Shown here piece after piece: positions 24,696-32,000 of a stretch of DNA of 32,000 nt; positions within the stretch are counted from its first letter, which is position 1; every line of letters starts with the position of its first letter. Origin of the DNA: Nitrosopumilus maritimus SCM1. GTDB taxonomy: Archaea > Thermoproteota > Nitrososphaeria > Nitrososphaerales > Nitrosopumilaceae. The translations under genes and the position numbers were made by a program. The notes beneath the pieces were generated by a model. It was not told the origin of the DNA, did no database searches, and saw only the letters and a list, made by a program, of their open reading frames with translations. Where the stretch lies: the NCBI RefSeq assembly GCF_000018465.1, contig NC_010085.1, positions 420,001 to 452,000 on the forward strand, written 5' to 3'.

Positions 24696-24884
24696 ATGGA
24701 GTATGAAATTAAAAAGAAGATCCATATCACATGTCCTCATTGTGAAAAAGCAATAGAGACTGAAATTGAAATCGAGCTAGAAATCGAAGAGAAGAAAAAG
24801 AAAGACAAGAAGAAAGATAAGAAAAAAGACAAGAAAGAAAAGAAAAAGGATAAGAAAAAATCAAAAAAGAAATCAAAGAAATAA
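24696..24884 (+). CDS. 62-aa micro-protein: CPHC knuckle, acidic EIEIELEIEE block, poly-Lys/Asp tail
   Basis: MEYEIKKKIHITCPHCEKAIETEIEIELEIEEKKKKDKKKDKKKDKKEKKKDKKKSKKKSKK. It has an ATG start, but whether it is truly coding is uncertain because the 3' half is low-complexity polypurine. Confidence 0.45.
   Translation: MEYEIKKKIHITCPHCEKAIETEIEIELEIEEKKKKDKKKDKKKDKKEKKKDKKKSKKKSKK
24786..24884 (+). repeat. Polypurine (GA-rich) low-complexity tract with AAGAAAGA(C/T)AAG-type periodicity
   Basis: By my count there are only 8 pyrimidines in the 96 nt from 24786 to 24881. The tract encodes the K/D tail. Confidence 0.8.
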
Positions 24885-24899
24885 TCTAAACCTGAAAAA

Positions 24900-24927
24900 T
24901 TTAGCTCATCCTATTTAGCTCTGCCTA
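24900..24927. promoter_or_regulatory. Tandem 14-bp direct repeat TTTAGCTCATCCTA / TTTAGCTCTGCCTA upstream of the sufB TATA box
   Basis: The two units are adjacent and 12/14 identical. The repeat ends 14 bp before the TATA-like box at 24941. It is a candidate operator for the suf operon. Confidence 0.35.
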
Positions 24928-24940
24928 TTTTTCCTCATGT

Positions 24941-24950
24941 ATTTATAATA
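24941..24950 (+). promoter_or_regulatory. TATA-like box for the suf operon
   Basis: ATTTATAATA is centred about 25 nt upstream of the sufB ATG (24970), the spacing expected for a leaderless transcript. Confidence 0.45.
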
Positions 24951-24969
24951 TAACGGGGTTATTTCGCTC

Positions 24970-26370
24970 ATGGCAACTGAAAACCTTGACATGGATTATT
25001 CAAAATATGATTTTAAGGACTCTACAGAAATGTATGTCCACCTTAGCAAGAAAGGCCTGACTAAGGAAACTGTAATCGAAATCAGTAAAATGAAAGATGA
25101 ACCACAATGGATGCTTGATTTTAGATTACGTTCTTACGAAGTCTTCATGAAAAAACCAATGCCAACTTGGGGTGGAGATCTTAGTCTAATTGATTTTCAA
25201 AATATCTACTATTATGCAAAAGCATCTGAGAAAACAGAAAAGAACTGGGATGATGTTCCAGAAGATGTCAAAAACACTTTTGACAAATTAGGAATTCCAG
25301 AAGCTGAAAAGAAATTCTTAGCAGGTGTTGGTGCACAATACGAATCAGAAGTTGTATACCACAGCTTAAGAGAAGATTTAGCAAAACAAGGTGTTCTCTT
25401 TTTAGATACTGACGCAGCTCTAAAAGAACATCCTGAACTTTTCAAAAAATACTTTGGAAAAGTTATTCCTCCAGAGGATAACAAATTCGCAGCACTAAAC
25501 AGTGCAGTTTGGAGTGGTGGCTCATTCATCTACGTTCCACCTGGTGTCAAAGTTGACATGCCACTTCAAGCATACTTTAGAATTAATGCTGAAAACATTG
25601 GTCAGTTTGAAAGAACATTGATTGTTGTTGATGAAGGTGCAGATGTACATTACATTGAAGGTTGTACTGCTCCTGTTTACTCTTCAGAGTCATTACACTC
25701 TGCAGTTGTTGAACTAGTTGCACACAAAGATGCACATCTAAGATATACAACAATCCAAAACTGGAGTAACGATGTCTACAATCTTGTAACAAAACGTGCT
25801 TATGCATATGAAGGTGCAACAGTTGAATGGATTGATGGAAACATTGGAAGTAAACTTACAATGAAATATCCTGGAGTCTACCTTATGGGCGAACGTGCTT
25901 ATGGTGAAACACTATCTATTGCATTTGCAGGCAAAGGACAACACCAAGACACAGGCGCAAAAATGGTTCACATGGCACCAAACACTACCTCTAAAATTAC
26001 ATCCAAATCCGTAAGCAGATTGGATGGTCGTTCAACTTACAGAGGATTACTAAATGTAGCAAAAGGTGCTACCAACGTAAAGTCTACTGTAAGATGTGAT
26101 GCATTACTCCTTGATGACACATCAAAGACTGATACTTATCCATACATGGAAATCAATCAAGAAGATGCAACAATTACTCACGAAGCAACAGTTGGAAAAA
26201 TTGGAGATGAACAAATCTTCTATCTGATGAGTAGAGGATTTTCTGAAGAAGAAGCATTATCCCTAATTGTTAATGGTTTCATGGAACCATTTACAAAAGA
26301 ACTTCCAATGGAATATGCAGTTGAGTTAAACCGTCTCATCAAACTTGAGATGGATGATTCTGTAGGATAG
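24970..26370 (+). CDS. sufB: Fe-S cluster assembly scaffold protein SufB
   Basis: 466 aa with strong SufB pattern throughout ([66 protein letters not shown]). Confidence 0.95.
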   Translation: MATENLDMDYSKYDFKDSTEMYVHLSKKGLTKETVIEISKMKDEPQWMLDFRLRSYEVFMKKPMPTWGGDLSLIDFQNIYYYAKASEKTEKNWDDVPEDVKNTFDKLGIPEAEKKFLAGVGAQYESEVVYHSLREDLAKQGVLFLDTDAALKEHPELFKKYFGKVIPPEDNKFAALNSAVWSGGSFIYVPPGVKVDMPLQAYFRINAENIGQFERTLIVVDEGADVHYIEGCTAPVYSSESLHSAVVELVAHKDAHLRYTTIQNWSNDVYNLVTKRAYAYEGATVEWIDGNIGSKLTMKYPGVYLMGERAYGETLSIAFAGKGQHQDTGAKMVHMAPNTTSKITSKSVSRLDGRSTYRGLLNVAKGATNVKSTVRCDALLLDDTSKTDTYPYMEINQEDATITHEATVGKIGDEQIFYLMSRGFSEEEALSLIVNGFMEPFTKELPMEYAVELNRLIKLEMDDSVG

Positions 26371-26389
26371 TCCTATTGGTTGTGGTAAA

Positions 26390-27790
26390 ATGTCTCAAGA
26401 AACACTATCTAAAATTGATGAATCTCACATCAATGAAATCTCTTCATCAAGAAATGAACCTGATTGGTTGAAAGATTACAGAAAAGATTCTCTTTCAATT
26501 TACTCTACTCTTCCAATTGAGATGTCTCCACTTTACAACAAATACACTGATGCAAAAAGACTAAATCCTGAAAAAATATCCATTGCATCTTCTACCAAAG
26601 ACACAATTCCAGATTTTCTTCAAAAAAGACTAGGTGAATTAGAAAATGAAATTTGTATTATTCAAATCGGAACTAACATTCACAAAATCAACCTTCCTGA
26701 TGATCTAAAATCTAAGGGATTAGTGATTTCTTCTATCTCTGATGCAATTCAAAATAACTCTGAACTTGTAAAAAAAGCCCTAGAGGCATCAAATTCTAAT
26801 GATGACAAGTTTACAGCCTTGAATAACGCTGCATTTAACTCTGGAGTTTTTATCCATATTCCAAAAAACTTTGTTTTAGAAAAACCAATTCACTTCTTGT
26901 CTTGTTTGTCTGATGATGGATTATCTACAATCTCTAGAAATGTGATCTTTGCAGATGAAAGTAGTAAAGCATCCATTGTTCAAGAATTATACTCTCCAAA
27001 GACTGAAACTCAACAAGCATATCTTGAATTACTCAACACAAATGTTGCTGCAAATGCAGAACTAAGCCTTACAACTTTACAAATGATGGATCAAAACTCT
27101 GTTAACTTTTCTACTAGGAGAACTGATTTGGCACAAGACGCTACTGTAAATTGGTATTCTGGCCTATTTGGTTCTGTATTGTCTAGATACAAAATTGATT
27201 ACTATCTTAATGGAACTGGTGCATCTTCAAATGAATCTGAAGTTGTATTTGGAAATAATGATCAACATTTCGATATTCAAACAAACATGAATCATCAAAG
27301 TCCTGCAACTGAAGCCAGAGTTGTAGAAAAATCTATTCTTAAAAACAGATCAAAATCCCTCTTCAAAGGAATGATCAGAATTAAAGAAAATGCCGCAAAA
27401 TCAAACTCATTTTTGTCAGGTCGTTCTATTCTCTTAGATAAGAATGCAAAATCTGATGCAATTCCAGGACTTGAAATTCTAACAAACGATGTTAAAGCAA
27501 CTCACTCTGCATCTGTTGCACAAATTGATGAAGAACAAATCTTCTATCTGAAAAGCAGATGTTTGAGCCACGAGGAGGCTGAAAGAACTATTGTTGAAGG
27601 CTTTTTGGAGCCATTATCAAGAAAAATGTCTTTCCAAGTAAGAGCCTGGATTGCATATCTTATTGAATCCAAATGGGAAAACCGTGAATTAACAATTAAC
27701 ACTGATGAAGAACTAGCAAAATTCGTTGAGATTGAAGAGACAAGATACAACGAAGATGCTGAAATTGAACAACACTACAAATACAGATAG
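26390..27790 (+). CDS. sufD: Fe-S cluster assembly protein SufD
   Basis: 466 aa SufB/SufD-family paralog (EPDWLKDYRKDSL, FxALNNAAFNSGVFIHIPKN, ATHSASVAQIDEEQIFYLKSR) lacking the SufB Cys region. Confidence 0.88.
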   Translation: MSQETLSKIDESHINEISSSRNEPDWLKDYRKDSLSIYSTLPIEMSPLYNKYTDAKRLNPEKISIASSTKDTIPDFLQKRLGELENEICIIQIGTNIHKINLPDDLKSKGLVISSISDAIQNNSELVKKALEASNSNDDKFTALNNAAFNSGVFIHIPKNFVLEKPIHFLSCLSDDGLSTISRNVIFADESSKASIVQELYSPKTETQQAYLELLNTNVAANAELSLTTLQMMDQNSVNFSTRRTDLAQDATVNWYSGLFGSVLSRYKIDYYLNGTGASSNESEVVFGNNDQHFDIQTNMNHQSPATEARVVEKSILKNRSKSLFKGMIRIKENAAKSNSFLSGRSILLDKNAKSDAIPGLEILTNDVKATHSASVAQIDEEQIFYLKSRCLSHEEAERTIVEGFLEPLSRKMSFQVRAWIAYLIESKWENRELTINTDEELAKFVEIEETRYNEDAEIEQHYKYR

Positions 27791-27803
27791 GTGAAACTAG
27801 AAC

Positions 27804-29048
27804 TTGCAAAGTACTCAATCTTCATTTGAAAACTTAAGAAAAGATTTTCCAATCCTTGAACGAACTGTTAGAGATAACAAACATCTAGTTTATCTTGATA
27901 ATGCATCTACTACACAAAAACCAAATCAAGTAATTGATGCTATTACTGATTACTATCAAAATCATAATGCAAATATTCACAGAGCAGTTTATGCTCTAGC
28001 TGAAGAAGCAACAGAAGCTTATGAGAAAACAAGAGACAAAATTGCAAATTTTGTTAACATTAAAGACAGACAAGAAATTATCTTTGTTAGAGGAACCACT
28101 GAAGCAATTAATCTAGTTGCATATGCATGGGGTAGACCTCACATTAGTGAAGGTGATATTATTGTCACTACTGAATATGAACACCACAGTAACATTGTTC
28201 CATGGCAACTTCTTACACAAGAAAAACGTGCCAAACTAGAATACATTGGAATGGATGACAATGGTGAATTGATTCTAGATGATCTTGATAAACATCTTGC
28301 AACAGGTAAAGTGAAACTTGTTACATTTAGTCTAATGTCAAATGTACTTGGTACAATTACTGATGCCAAAAAAATTATTGAAAAATGTAAAGCTGCAGGC
28401 GTTCCTACTTTAGTTGATGGTGCTCAGGCAGTTCCTCACATGAAAGTTGATCTTGAAGATTTAGACTGTGATTTCTTTGCATTTTCAGGCCACAAAATGT
28501 TAGGTCCAACTGGAATTGGTGTTCTATGGGTCAGAAAATCAGTTCTCAATACAATGAGCCCCTTCCATGGTGGTGGTGACATGATTCGTGAAGTTCACAA
28601 GTATGAGACTACTTGGAATGATTTGCCTTACAAATTTGAAGCAGGAACTCCTAACATTGCAGATGTTGTTGGATTTGGAGCTGCAATTGATTATTTGACT
28701 AAAATTGGAATGGACAATATTCGTGAACATGAAATTGAACTAACAAAATACGCTATGGAAAAGCTTTCTAATATTAAAGGACTACAAATCTATGGAACTA
28801 AAGATGTCTCAAAACGTGGTGGCGTCATCTCATTTAATTTTGCAGATGTGCATCCTCATGATGTAGCACAAATTATTGATGAAGAGGGAATTGCATTGCG
28901 TTCTGGTCATCACTGTGCACAGGTATTGATGGAGAGACTAAATGTAGCTGCTACTTCAAGAGCAAGTTTCTACATTTACAATACTAAAGAAGACATTGAT
29001 GTACTAGTTAATTCATTAAATACTGTGGCAAAGGTGTTCAAGTTATGA
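27804..29048 (+). CDS. sufS: Cysteine desulfurase SufS (class II aminotransferase V)
   Basis: TTG start. LRKDFPIL, YLDNASTTQKP, ANIHRAVY, the PLP site FSGHKMLGPTGIGVL and the catalytic loop RSGHHCAQ are present. Confidence 0.93.
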   Translation: MQSTQSSFENLRKDFPILERTVRDNKHLVYLDNASTTQKPNQVIDAITDYYQNHNANIHRAVYALAEEATEAYEKTRDKIANFVNIKDRQEIIFVRGTTEAINLVAYAWGRPHISEGDIIVTTEYEHHSNIVPWQLLTQEKRAKLEYIGMDDNGELILDDLDKHLATGKVKLVTFSLMSNVLGTITDAKKIIEKCKAAGVPTLVDGAQAVPHMKVDLEDLDCDFFAFSGHKMLGPTGIGVLWVRKSVLNTMSPFHGGGDMIREVHKYETTWNDLPYKFEAGTPNIADVVGFGAAIDYLTKIGMDNIREHEIELTKYAMEKLSNIKGLQIYGTKDVSKRGGVISFNFADVHPHDVAQIIDEEGIALRSGHHCAQVLMERLNVAATSRASFYIYNTKEDIDVLVNSLNTVAKVFKL

Positions 29049-29488
29049 GTAGTAATGCAGACATTTACCATGAAATGATTGTGGATTATTCACGAAATCC
29101 TGTAAATTATGGTGAGATAGAAGATCATGATGTAACATTTCATGATGCAAATCCATTATGTGGTGATAGTATTGACATTGATATGAAAATTGATGACGAC
29201 AAAGTTACTGATATCAAATTCCATGGTAAAGGATGTGCAATTTGTATGGCATGCTCTTCAGTTTTAACTGAAATCACTAAAGGCAAAAGTCTTGAAGATG
29301 TAAAAAACATCGAAAAAAATGATGTTCTAAGCGAATTAGGGTTGGAACACTTGCAAGCAGTCAGAATCAAATGTGCTCTGCTTTCTCTAAAGGTACTCAA
29401 ATCTGCTCTGTACACATATCTTGCAAAACATCTTGAAAGTTCAGAGGATGTAGATAAATTAAAAGAAGAGGCAGCAAACCTGTACTAG
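29045..29488 (+). CDS. sufU: SufU/IscU-like sulfur acceptor/scaffold (NifU N-terminal family)
   Basis: ATG overlaps the sufS stop (ATGA). NPLCGDSIDIDM...FHGKGCAICMACSS...RIKCALL provides the conserved Cys ligands. Confidence 0.88.
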   Translation: MSSNADIYHEMIVDYSRNPVNYGEIEDHDVTFHDANPLCGDSIDIDMKIDDDKVTDIKFHGKGCAICMACSSVLTEITKGKSLEDVKNIEKNDVLSELGLEHLQAVRIKCALLSLKVLKSALYTYLAKHLESSEDVDKLKEEAANLY

Positions 29489-29489
29489 T

Positions 29490-29834
29490 ATGAGTTTTAC
29501 GCCTAAAATCCCAGTTGAACTTCAAATTAGAAAAATTATCTTTGAAAAATTCAATGAGGTAGACACTATTTTTACAAATGATTCTATTTTTGAAATTCTC
29601 AAAGAGAATGGTGATATTGACCCTTCATGGATAATTGATGATATCGAATCTTTTGTCAATAACCTTTGTGATTCAGGTCTTGCAAGAAATGTTGCTCAGA
29701 ATTTTACTACCATCCATCTCAAATTGTTTGATGAAGTTGAAAAACTACATTGTAATGCTTGTAATCAAGATGTGTTTCTTGCAAAATCTGAGGACAGAGT
29801 CTGTCCAAACTCTTCATGTAAATCCACTATTTAG
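29490..29834 (+). CDS. Hypothetical protein with C-terminal zinc ribbon, apparently coupled to the suf operon
   Basis: 114 aa with its ATG 1 nt after the sufU stop. The C-terminus is HCNACNQDVFLAKSEDRVCPNSSC (CxxC-x13-Cx4C). The N-terminal ~85 aa may be a small helical/winged-helix-like domain (guess). Confidence 0.6.
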   Translation: MSFTPKIPVELQIRKIIFEKFNEVDTIFTNDSIFEILKENGDIDPSWIIDDIESFVNNLCDSGLARNVAQNFTTIHLKLFDEVEKLHCNACNQDVFLAKSEDRVCPNSSCKSTI

Positions 29835-31053
29835 ATTGGTGTCTTGTTCTAGCATCTTCTAATGCTTTTATCATTGGCAATTTTTCACCTGTAAGATAGA
29901 GAACTAATGCCCCACCTGCAGTACTGATATGATTAATTTTTTCTGCCAATCCTTGCTGTTTTAATGCGGTTGTCAAGTGACCTCCACTAACAATTGTTGT
30001 TGCCATTGAATTTGCTACTGCAGTTAATAATGATTTTGTTCCATAACTGAAATTTTCTTTTTCAAAAAATCCTGCTGGTCCACTGATAAACACAGTTCCT
30101 GCACCTGCAATTAATTTTGAATAATATTCTACAGTTTTTGGACCTAAATCAAAAATCTTATCTCCTTTACCCATCTCTCTTACATCCATCTCTACTCTTT
30201 CACCATCTTTGTCAATTGCAATGTCCACTGGTGTTGCAAATACATCTGGATGTTCTCCTATCAATGTGTGAGCTTTTGCAACAACTTCTTCTTCTCTTTT
30301 GATTCCAAGTGATGATTTTACTCTGGCTTGTGCTCGCATGAACACATTTCCAATTAATCCTGTTAGTAAGACGTGATCTGCTCTACCGTTTTGAATAAGT
30401 AATTTGATTGCCTCAAGCCTATCTGGAACTTTGGATCCTCCTAAGACTATTACATGTGGTGCTTTTGCCACAGTCATGATTTCATCTAGGTTTCTGACTT
30501 CTCTTTCTACAATTCTTCCTGCACATGCAGGTAGTACTTGTGGGAATCCAACGATTGATGGGTGTGATCTGTGTGCACTAGGAAATGAATCTAACACACA
30601 TAGATCAAACAACTTTGCTAATCGAGTAACCATGATTGTTTTAGATGCATTCTCAGGGGTGAACTCATAATTTTCTTCAGCACATAATCTGAGATTGTCT
30701 AAAAGTAGGATGTCTCCATCTTCTAAATTTTTAATTGCATTTTGTGCAGCTTCTCCAATTACGTCTTCAACATATTTTATTTCACGATTCATTAATTTTT
30801 CAAGAACTTTTGCATGTTTGTCCATTCCAGTATAATCATTATTTCCAACTCTTCCCTGATGTGATGCAACAACTACTTTGGCATCTTTTAGTGATTGTAG
30901 TGTTTCTATGGCTTCTTCAATTCTTTTAGTCCCTGAAATCTCCATTGTTTCTGGGTCGATTGGACAGTTCATGTCCACTCTTAAAAAAACAGTTTTACCT
31001 TTTAAATCAAAATCATCTAGTGTGAGTACCTTCACGCCTTTTCTATTATGCAC
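29827..31053 (-). CDS. pgk: Phosphoglycerate kinase
   Basis: 408 aa. FLRVDMNCP, VASHQGR, ISTAGGA and the overall PGK pattern are present. The gene is convergent with ORF 29490-29834 and overlaps it by 8 nt. Confidence 0.93.
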   Translation of the reverse strand: MHNRKGVKVLTLDDFDLKGKTVFLRVDMNCPIDPETMEISGTKRIEEAIETLQSLKDAKVVVASHQGRVGNNDYTGMDKHAKVLEKLMNREIKYVEDVIGEAAQNAIKNLEDGDILLLDNLRLCAEENYEFTPENASKTIMVTRLAKLFDLCVLDSFPSAHRSHPSIVGFPQVLPACAGRIVEREVRNLDEIMTVAKAPHVIVLGGSKVPDRLEAIKLLIQNGRADHVLLTGLIGNVFMRAQARVKSSLGIKREEEVVAKAHTLIGEHPDVFATPVDIAIDKDGERVEMDVREMGKGDKIFDLGPKTVEYYSKLIAGAGTVFISGPAGFFEKENFSYGTKSLLTAVANSMATTIVSGGHLTTALKQQGLAEKINHISTAGGALVLYLTGEKLPMIKALEDARTRHQSK

Positions 31054-31171
31054 TTGGTTAAATTCTTTGAGCCGATCAGAATTATTCTGTTAACTCTAAT
31101 TTCAAAAATAATGATTTCCAAAACTTATCTATTGACAAAAATTAAAAGATGTGTATATGGAGTTTGATTAA

Positions 31172-31840
31172 TTGCAAAGTTGGCTTTTTGATATCAGGTC
31201 TCGTTCATTTGTATTACTGACAATTTTATTTTTGATTTTAACTTGGTTAGTCTATTCTGGAATTACTGAAAGTTTTGATCAAAGTATAACTTTGTTTTTC
31301 GCTGAAAATGTTGGAAATCCTACCCTTGACATCGTAATGCAGTATATCACAGAAAGTGGCGATGTCTTTAACATGCTGGTATTTGGAATTGTCATGTTAA
31401 TTATTCCAAAAACTCGAAGGATAGGAATTACTCTTATGATATTGATTGTATTATCCACCCTTCTAACTGGATACATAAAATGTGGAATTGACCGTGATAG
31501 GCCTGATTTTGATTATGAGGGTGTAGAATTCCCTGTAGAAATTAGCCGTGATACCTTTGCTTTGTTCTGTGAGGGTGGATTTGATGCATCATACCCATCT
31601 GGTCATGCTGCTAGGGCCGTGATATTTGGAATTATTTTGGGATATGCTTTGTCTGAGCGGTTCCCACGAGGTGCTTACTTAATGCTTTTGTATCCTGTAA
31701 TGATCTCATTGAGTAGAGTCTATGTTTTACAACACTATCCTATGGATGTGATAGGCGGAACAGTTATTGGAATTATGTTAGCTGGTGTTATGGCAAACAG
31801 AACAAAACTTTACAAAATTTTTGATAAATCAAAAACCTAA
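31172..31840 (+). CDS. PAP2-family membrane phosphatase (lipid phosphate / polyprenyl-diphosphate phosphatase-like)
   Basis: 222 aa, multi-TM, TTG start (uncertain). It carries the three PAP2 motifs: KCGIDRDRP, PSGHA and SRVYVLQHYPMDVIGG. Confidence 0.85.
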   Translation: MQSWLFDIRSRSFVLLTILFLILTWLVYSGITESFDQSITLFFAENVGNPTLDIVMQYITESGDVFNMLVFGIVMLIIPKTRRIGITLMILIVLSTLLTGYIKCGIDRDRPDFDYEGVEFPVEISRDTFALFCEGGFDASYPSGHAARAVIFGIILGYALSERFPRGAYLMLLYPVMISLSRVYVLQHYPMDVIGGTVIGIMLAGVMANRTKLYKIFDKSKT

Positions 31841-32000
31841 TTCTGTTAATGCAGTATTGCTAATCAAAACTATTGCATAATGGTCATCATCATGATGATA
31901 TGTCCAATACCTCACATCTCGAATTTCATTTTTCTGTCTTAACCCATGAGTTACTCCTGTAGTCACTGTATACCCAATTCTTTTCGCAATCTTTGATTCT
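31829..32000 (-). CDS. 3' end of a gene entering from the right edge (hypothetical, partial)
   Basis: The minus-strand frame is open from the window edge to the TGA at 31831-31829. It reads ...ESKIAKRIGYTVTTGVTHGLRQKNEIRDVRYWTYHHDDDHYAIVLISNTALTELGF. It overlaps the PAP2 3' end by 12 nt. No family recognised. Confidence 0.4.
   Translation of the reverse strand, partial: ESKIAKRIGYTVTTGVTHGLRQKNEIRDVRYWTYHHDDDHYAIVLISNTALTELGF

Noticed and set aside
1-32000. Whole-window search for tRNA/rRNA genes, CRISPR arrays, transposases, integrases, inverted terminal repeats and classic defence-system enzymes.
   Set aside because: No G+C-rich tRNA-like 70-90-nt islands and no T-loop consensus were seen. 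There are no repeat-spacer arrays. No ORF has recombinase, transposase, nuclease or helicase hallmarks. The window reads as a core chromosome plus a surface-protein-rich stretch, not a mobile or defence island.

Overview
AT-rich, densely packed, mostly housekeeping chromosome segment. Gene content, TATA-like boxes about 25-30 nt upstream of start codons and frequent TTG starts suggest (inference) an archaeon, probably a marine ammonia-oxidising thaumarchaeon of the Nitrosopumilus type. No tRNA, rRNA, CRISPR array, transposase or integrase was recognised. Confidently identified blocks are: (i) pstS / pstCAB-phoU phosphate uptake; (ii) an SbtA-like permease with a PII-like SbtB partner; (iii) arsR divergent from arsC plus a MIP channel; (iv) hemL-hemC-SUMT-hemD; (v) sufB-sufD-sufS-sufU plus an extra zinc-ribbon ORF, with no sufC; (vi) pgk and a PAP2 phosphatase. 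The left 12.5 kb is more accessory. It holds several signal-peptide or membrane proteins of unknown function, an ABC-2 exporter pair, a membrane-tethered wHTH regulator and a 32-aa zinc-ribbon ORF below the ORF-track cutoff. The secreted proteins include a COG4880-type beta-propeller protein, an NHL/HYR/RTX-like protein and a protein built of three Cys-pair modules. The most interesting observations are: a roughly 36-aa Trp-rich C-terminal module, present twice in the first secreted protein and fused to PstS; the ars cluster that uses a MIP channel rather than ArsB/ACR3; the archaeal SbtA/SbtB pair between the pst and ars genes; the threefold-repeat secreted protein; and short tandem direct repeats upstream of sufB and pstS. 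I see no clear-cut new multi-gene system such as a defence island. All functional calls rest on motif recognition by eye, not on searches.
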